A DNA stretch of 63,684 bases, the filler included, from Thraustochytrium aureum (lineage: Eukaryota), in assembly GCA_012862495.1 (NCBI GenBank). It is 5 parts of 3 records of this genome, joined end to end, with 100 filler letters (N's around TTAATTAATTAA, not from the genome) between each part and the next. Parts side by side here need not be neighbours in the genome. Positions count along the whole stretch, not along the records: positions 41,669 to 62,499 come from BLSG01000302.1; positions 62,600 to 63,684 come from BLSG01000312.1; 3 more parts are not named here. One strand, 5' to 3'. Below the pieces are notes generated by a model. It was given only the letters and a program-made list of their open reading frames with translations, made no database searches and was not told where the DNA came from. Of the stretch, positions 59,054-63,684 are shown in pieces; position 1 is the stretch's first letter, and each line of letters begins with the position of its first letter. Both the position numbers and the translations under genes were made by a program.

Positions 59054-61254
59054 TCACAAGCCAAGGCGCTCCACGGCCGCCTTGGCCTCGGCGCTGACGT
59101 CGGCGTCCGGGTCGTTGCAGAGCGCCTTGAGCTGCTTGGCAAAAGACTCCTTGAAGGCCTCGCTGTCGATCCCGCGCAGCACGGAGAGCGCGGCGAAGCG
59201 GACATTGGGCACCTTGTCGTCAAGGCACTTTTCAAAGCTGGGAAACAGCGACTCTGCCGGGCCCGACCCGCTCCGCAAGAGCGCGCCAAAGGCGTGCACA
59301 AAGACGATTCGGTGGTGGAACTTTTGCTTGGCCTGCTTGAAAAAGTCGACCAGGTGCGGGACGAAGAGACTGGCCACCTTGTTGGGGCCCACCGGGCTAG
59401 ACGGCTCGCAAAAGGTCTCGAGCACGTTGGCGGCCGTGAGGCGCACCTGGAAGACCTCGTCAGAGAGGCTCGAGGTCCACACGTCCACGACAAGCTTGTC
59501 CACGCTCCCCTCGCCGCTCCCAGCAAGCTTGCCAAGCGTGTGGATGACCGAGATGCGGATGCGCCACTGCGGGTACTCGATCTCCTCCTGCGCCAGCGGG
59601 TTGTAGGCGTTGCGGCCATCGTCGCCGCCGTTGTGGCGACGCGATGCCTCAAACAGCTCCATGAGGATCGGGGTCCAGGACTTGGCCACAAACGCGGCCC
59701 CCAAGACGGCTATGATGGCGTCAAGCCCGTCGAGGATCACGAGGCGCGCCTCTGGGGCGCATGGCGACGTCGTGTCCTTGAGAAAGTACTCCCAAAGCGG
59801 AACCAGGTGGGCCTTGGCCTGGGCCGCCCCCAGCGTCGACACGAGCGTGCTGCTCACCGAGGCATTGGCGAGATTGAGCCGCACTGTGCGCTGCTGGTCC
59901 ATCTCGACGAGGCCGCCAACAACGGGGATCACGTTCGCGACAAAGGCGTCCGCGCCAACCGCTGCGCACACCGCCACAACGTGGGCGGAGGCGACGTTGC
60001 GGACCTCGCCCTCGGGGTCGCGCAGCAGCTCGCAAAAGAGCGGCAGCAGTCCGCCTCGCGCAGCGTCGTTGTGCATCGACGAGCAGAGCTTGCTCATGTT
60101 TTGGGCAACAGAGTGTCGCACGCGCCAAGACCTGTCGCTGCCGAACTGCTTTGCGATCGGGAGGACGTGCTCGATGTTTTGCTCCTCGGAGAGGGCAGCG
60201 GCGATGTCTCCCAAGACCCCTATCCAGTTGAGCGAGACCGACTCTTGCGGATCGGATGAAAGTTTGTTGAAGACCGGAATCATGGCGGAAGCCACCTCCT
60301 CCCCTGTCGAGCTCCTGCAGACAGCTCCGACCTCCTTGGCGGCGGCTCGCCGGACCATGGGGGTCTCGTCGCGGCACATGGCATAGAACAGCTCGCTGAG
60401 CGCCTTCGCGTCCTCCGCGCTGGGCTTGTTTTCAAGGAGCGGCCCGCACAGCGCGCAGGCGGACATGCGCGAGGTGAACCACTCGCTCTTGCTGAGTCGC
60501 GCCACGACCTGAGTGAGCTTGGCCTTTATGGCGGCATCCTTGTTGTCTCCGATAACGCGCTGTGCGCACTCGACGGCGGCCTCGCGAACAAAGGTCTCCT
60601 CGACGGCGAGGAGCCCTTCGAGGACGGGCAGGAGGCTGTCGACGTGGTCCTTGCCGCCGACGAGCTCGAGCAGCGTGGCGCACTTCTNNNNNNNNNNNNN
60701 NNNNNNNNNNNNNNNNNNNNNNNNNNNNNNNNNNNNNNNNNNNNNNNNNNNNNNNNNNNNNNNNNNNNNNNNNNNNNNNNNNNNNNNNNNNNNNNNNNNN
60801 NNNNNNNNNNNNNNNNNNNNNNNNNNNNNNNNNNNNNNNNNNNNNNNNNNNNNNNNNNNNNNNNNNNNNNNNNNNNNNNNNNNNNNNNNNNNNNNNNNNN
60901 NNNNNNNNNNNNNNNNNNNNNNNNNNNNNNNNNNNNNNNNNNNNNNNNNNNNNNNNNNNNNNNNNNNNNNNNNNNNNNNNNNNNNNNNNNNNNNNNNNNN
61001 NNNNNNNNNNNNNNNNNNNNNNNNNNNNNNNNNNNNNNNNNNNNNNNNNNNNNNNNNNNNNNNNNNNNNNNNNNNNNNNNNNNNNNNNNNNNNNNNNNNN
61101 NNNNNNNNNNNNNNNNNNNNNNNNNNNNNNNNNNNNNNNNNNNNNNNNNNNNNNNNNNNNNNNNNNNNNNNNNNNNNNNNNNNNNNNNNNNNNNNNNNNN
61201 NNNNNNAGCGGACTCGATGGGCGTCTGCTGCTCCTCGTGGTCGGCCAACGCCAT
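59054..61254 (-). CDS. Protein phosphatase 2A scaffold subunit A (PR65)-like HEAT-repeat protein; spans an N gap
   Basis: LLPVLEGLLAVEETFVREAAV, EWFTSRMSACAL, DETPMVRRAAAK, DRSWRVR, LLRDPEGEVR, DKVPNVRF, DPDADV. Confidence 0.9.
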
Positions 61255-61299
61255 CCCTGCCCAGCAGCGAGGACGGTTTGAGTTTTTTGGTTTGTTTTC

Positions 61300-61570
61300 T
61301 GCCATTTCTGCGCTGTTCTTGTGGCTGTTCGTTTGCCCTTGCGGGCCTGCCTGCCTGCATGTCTGCCGGAGTTGCATGGAGGCCTGCGGGCTTGCGTTGC
61401 GTGGAGGCGTGCGGGCTTGCGTTGCGTGAACGAAGGCCTGCGGACCTGCGCGCGTTGCAATTTCTGCGCAGTTCTTGTTGCTGTTCGTTTGCCCATGCGG
61501 GCCGGCCTGCCCGCGCTGCACGGATGCTTGCGTTGCACGAACGAAGGCCTGAGGGCCTGCGCGTTGCATG
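61300..61570. repeat. Imperfect direct duplications upstream of the PP2A-A start
   Basis: gctgttcgtttgccc.tgcggg at about 61324 and 61480. gcttgcgttgc..gaacgaaggcctg at about 61415 and 61526. Confidence 0.7.
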
Positions 61571-61879
61571 AACCCACGCCTGCGGGCCTGCGCGCTTGCG
61601 GCCTGATGGGCTGGGTGTCGCACATCTTTCCGCGTGGCCTGCACGCTTGTTTGGCCTGGGGGTGGGGCCTGCCTCGCGTGCCGTCGATTCGTCGATCCAG
61701 CAGGGCTTTGCTGACGCCGCGGTGGCACGCCGTTGAGCGTGTTGGGCTGGGGCGGCTACTTGAAGCTGCGGCTGGGGCCTGGGGCGGGCAAGGTGGTGAA
61801 AAGCGGCGGTCATGCACGCGCATTTTCGACCGCACGCCAGGTTTGGGTGCAACTTGACAAAAATCCCTTGTGAATGAAT

Positions 61880-62384
61880 CTACTCGTCGCGAGGAATACT
61901 GCGGGCTTCTTGCCGCAGCCGCTCCAAGCTAGCCCGCTGCTCGTCCGACATCTCTGAGATGATGTCCTCAGTGAGGTCCGCGCCAAACTGCGGCGCCACG
62001 ACCGCGAACGAGCATTTCGTTCGACACGCTCAGTCAGCAACCCCAGCCTCGTCGCGTCTCGGCCAGCGTGCCCGCACCCCAACTTACTCCAGCCATCCCC
62101 TCGTTGTCATGCTGTGCCATCTTTATCGCGTAGCTTTGCCATTCGTGCATAAACTCTTGGACAAACTCGGGCTTCGCATTCCTGTGGTCCCTAAACTCCT
62201 TCCTGCTCCATCCGGCCGCGTCAGCGTCAACACCGTCCCTCCGTCCATCCGTCGGTCGCTGGCGGGCCGCCGTCCCGACTCACTTTACATAGGAATCCCC
62301 GAGCGCCCGAAACCGGTGCGGCAGCTTTTGCCTGTGCAGCCGCAAAATTGTTCTGTACAGGCTGATCGCCGACGTGTTCGTCAT
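61880..62384 (-). CDS. SDHAF3: Succinate dehydrogenase assembly factor 3 (ACN9, LYR family); exons 62384-62284, 62202-62088, 61987-61880
   Basis: Manual splicing gives MTNTSAISLYRTILRLHRQKLPHRFRALGDSYVK|KEFRDHRNAKPEFVQEFMHEWQSY...G|FGADLTEDIISEMSDEQRASLERLRQEA...*. Both GT-AG introns are in phase. Confidence 0.93.
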
Positions 62385-62499
62385 CCTCGCGGCCCTCCCG
62401 CGCAGCCCCGGCGGCACACGCTCCCGCGTCAATCTGCTCTGCCTCACGCTTCATCAAAATCAATCAATCAACACGACGACCGACGCCGAACAAACCGAA

Positions 62500-62599
62500 N
62501 NNNNNNNNNNNNNNNNNNNNNNNNNNNNNNNNNNNNNNNNNNNTTAATTAATTAANNNNNNNNNNNNNNNNNNNNNNNNNNNNNNNNNNNNNNNNNNNN
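62500..62599. other. Artificial contig linker
   Basis: TTAATTAATTAA at 62544-62555 flanked by Ns. Confidence 0.95.
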
Positions 62600-63684
62600 T
62601 ATCTGTCAGGAGGTCGCGATGCGGAGTCATGCTCAGAGAGCATCCTGAATCAACAACCACAATGGATGTGCAGGGTTGCCCTTCTGCTGCCCTTGAGACT
62701 TTTGCTACATACTGATGGGCACGTCGTTTATTGTGGGTAGAATTTTCTACCTCTGTGCGCGGGCGTTTCTGCGCGGGCTTTCCTTCCGTCTTGGCGTTAC
62801 ACATTCTGCTTATGTGGCCTGTCTGGCCGCATTTGAAGCAGGTCTTTCCTCGACGGGATTTGCACCTAACTCCGTCCTGCCCTTTTTGCCCGCATTTGCT
62901 GCACACTACGCTTTGCAGCTTGGACGGTCGTTTCCACCGCCTGCCACCGGCAAACAGTGCAGCCTCGGGTTCGTCAACATGCCTTTCCGAGTTAATCGGC
63001 CACTCGTGAGTGTAGATGGTATTCTCGAGTTCCCGTAGCGTGTATCCGCTTTTATCCCTTCTCAGGGACTCAAGCTTGGACCTAATGCTTTCCACCTTCA
63101 TTAGGGTGTTTTCCACGCCGTTCTTGTGCTGTTGTTCGAGAACTGCCTCGGTTATCTTACGCCTCATTGGCTCGACTTGAGTGCCGTCCGGTTCGGTGAT
63201 CATGTCGCGAATGAACCGTCTGCGTTGCTTCGACACTGCATCGTACCAGTCCCTCACATCCTTGAACTGGCTGCAGTCCTGAATTGTTGTGAAGTAGTCG
63301 TTGAAGATGCTTGGTCCGGTGTAATCGGTCTTCGTCTCAAGGTGACTGACGAGTAAATCCCACAGTGCCTTACCTTTGTGTTCCTCGGACGTCGGAACAT
63401 CGTAGACTAATTTTCCCAACTCCCTTCCTTGAAGCATCCGCAGGGTGTTGTACACGCAGTTGTCCTCTCTGAGGCTCATGGACCCGATGGGGGCTCTTGG
63501 GTCAATGTTGACCCCTGCGAACCTTGACAAGAGCTCTAACTTTATATCGCTCCAGTCAGATGAAATGTCGTTTAGCTTCTTCGAAAGCACTTCGACCCCG
63601 GTAACAATGCGTTGATAGGCATTGTCGCTGAATCTTCGGGTCCCGCCGTCATCGTCTGACTCACTTTCAGACCGAAAGCGCCTG
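62600..63684 (-). mobile_element. Ty1/copia-type LTR retrotransposon gag-protease fragment
   Basis: Frame open from the window edge to the linker. Zinc knuckle CFKCGQTGHISRMC (plus degenerate CSKCGQKGQDGVRC) and copia protease motif VVVDSGCSLSMTPHRDLL. Visibly less GC-rich than the host genes. Confidence 0.85.

Overview
GC-rich, intron-poor eukaryotic draft genome, probably a flagellated heterotrophic protist (a labyrinthulomycete-type stramenopile is my inference only). The window is five assembly pieces joined by artificial N44-TTAATTAATTAA-N44 linkers. It also has many N gaps and single-base frameshifts, several in homopolymers. Recognisable genes: a TBC Rab-GAP, a TMEM185-like/RING protein, Nup93, dynactin p25, a very large TPR-like/ankyrin/WW/coiled-coil/KCBP-type kinesin-14, an enoyl-CoA hydratase, an antenna-type glutamate dehydrogenase, two Q-rich AP2 factors, the last exon of a thiolase, a BSD/SYAP1-like protein, an inorganic pyrophosphatase, an IQCB1/NPHP5-like protein, a NadD-like nucleotidylyltransferase, GCP3, an ankyrin protein, a PP2A scaffold A subunit, a spliced SDHAF3 absent from the ORF track, and a Ty1/copia gag-protease fragment. 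The best novelty candidates are four. First, a tandem array of three paralogues of an unrecognised helical domain with two putative Zn sites (43.4-49.1 kb). Second, the unusual kinesin-14 architecture. Third, an internally duplicated multi-pass membrane protein. Fourth, a structured non-coding element carrying a telomere-repeat motif next to a CCCTCACA motif cluster (9.66-10.47 kb). No CRISPR array, rRNA or tRNA was seen.
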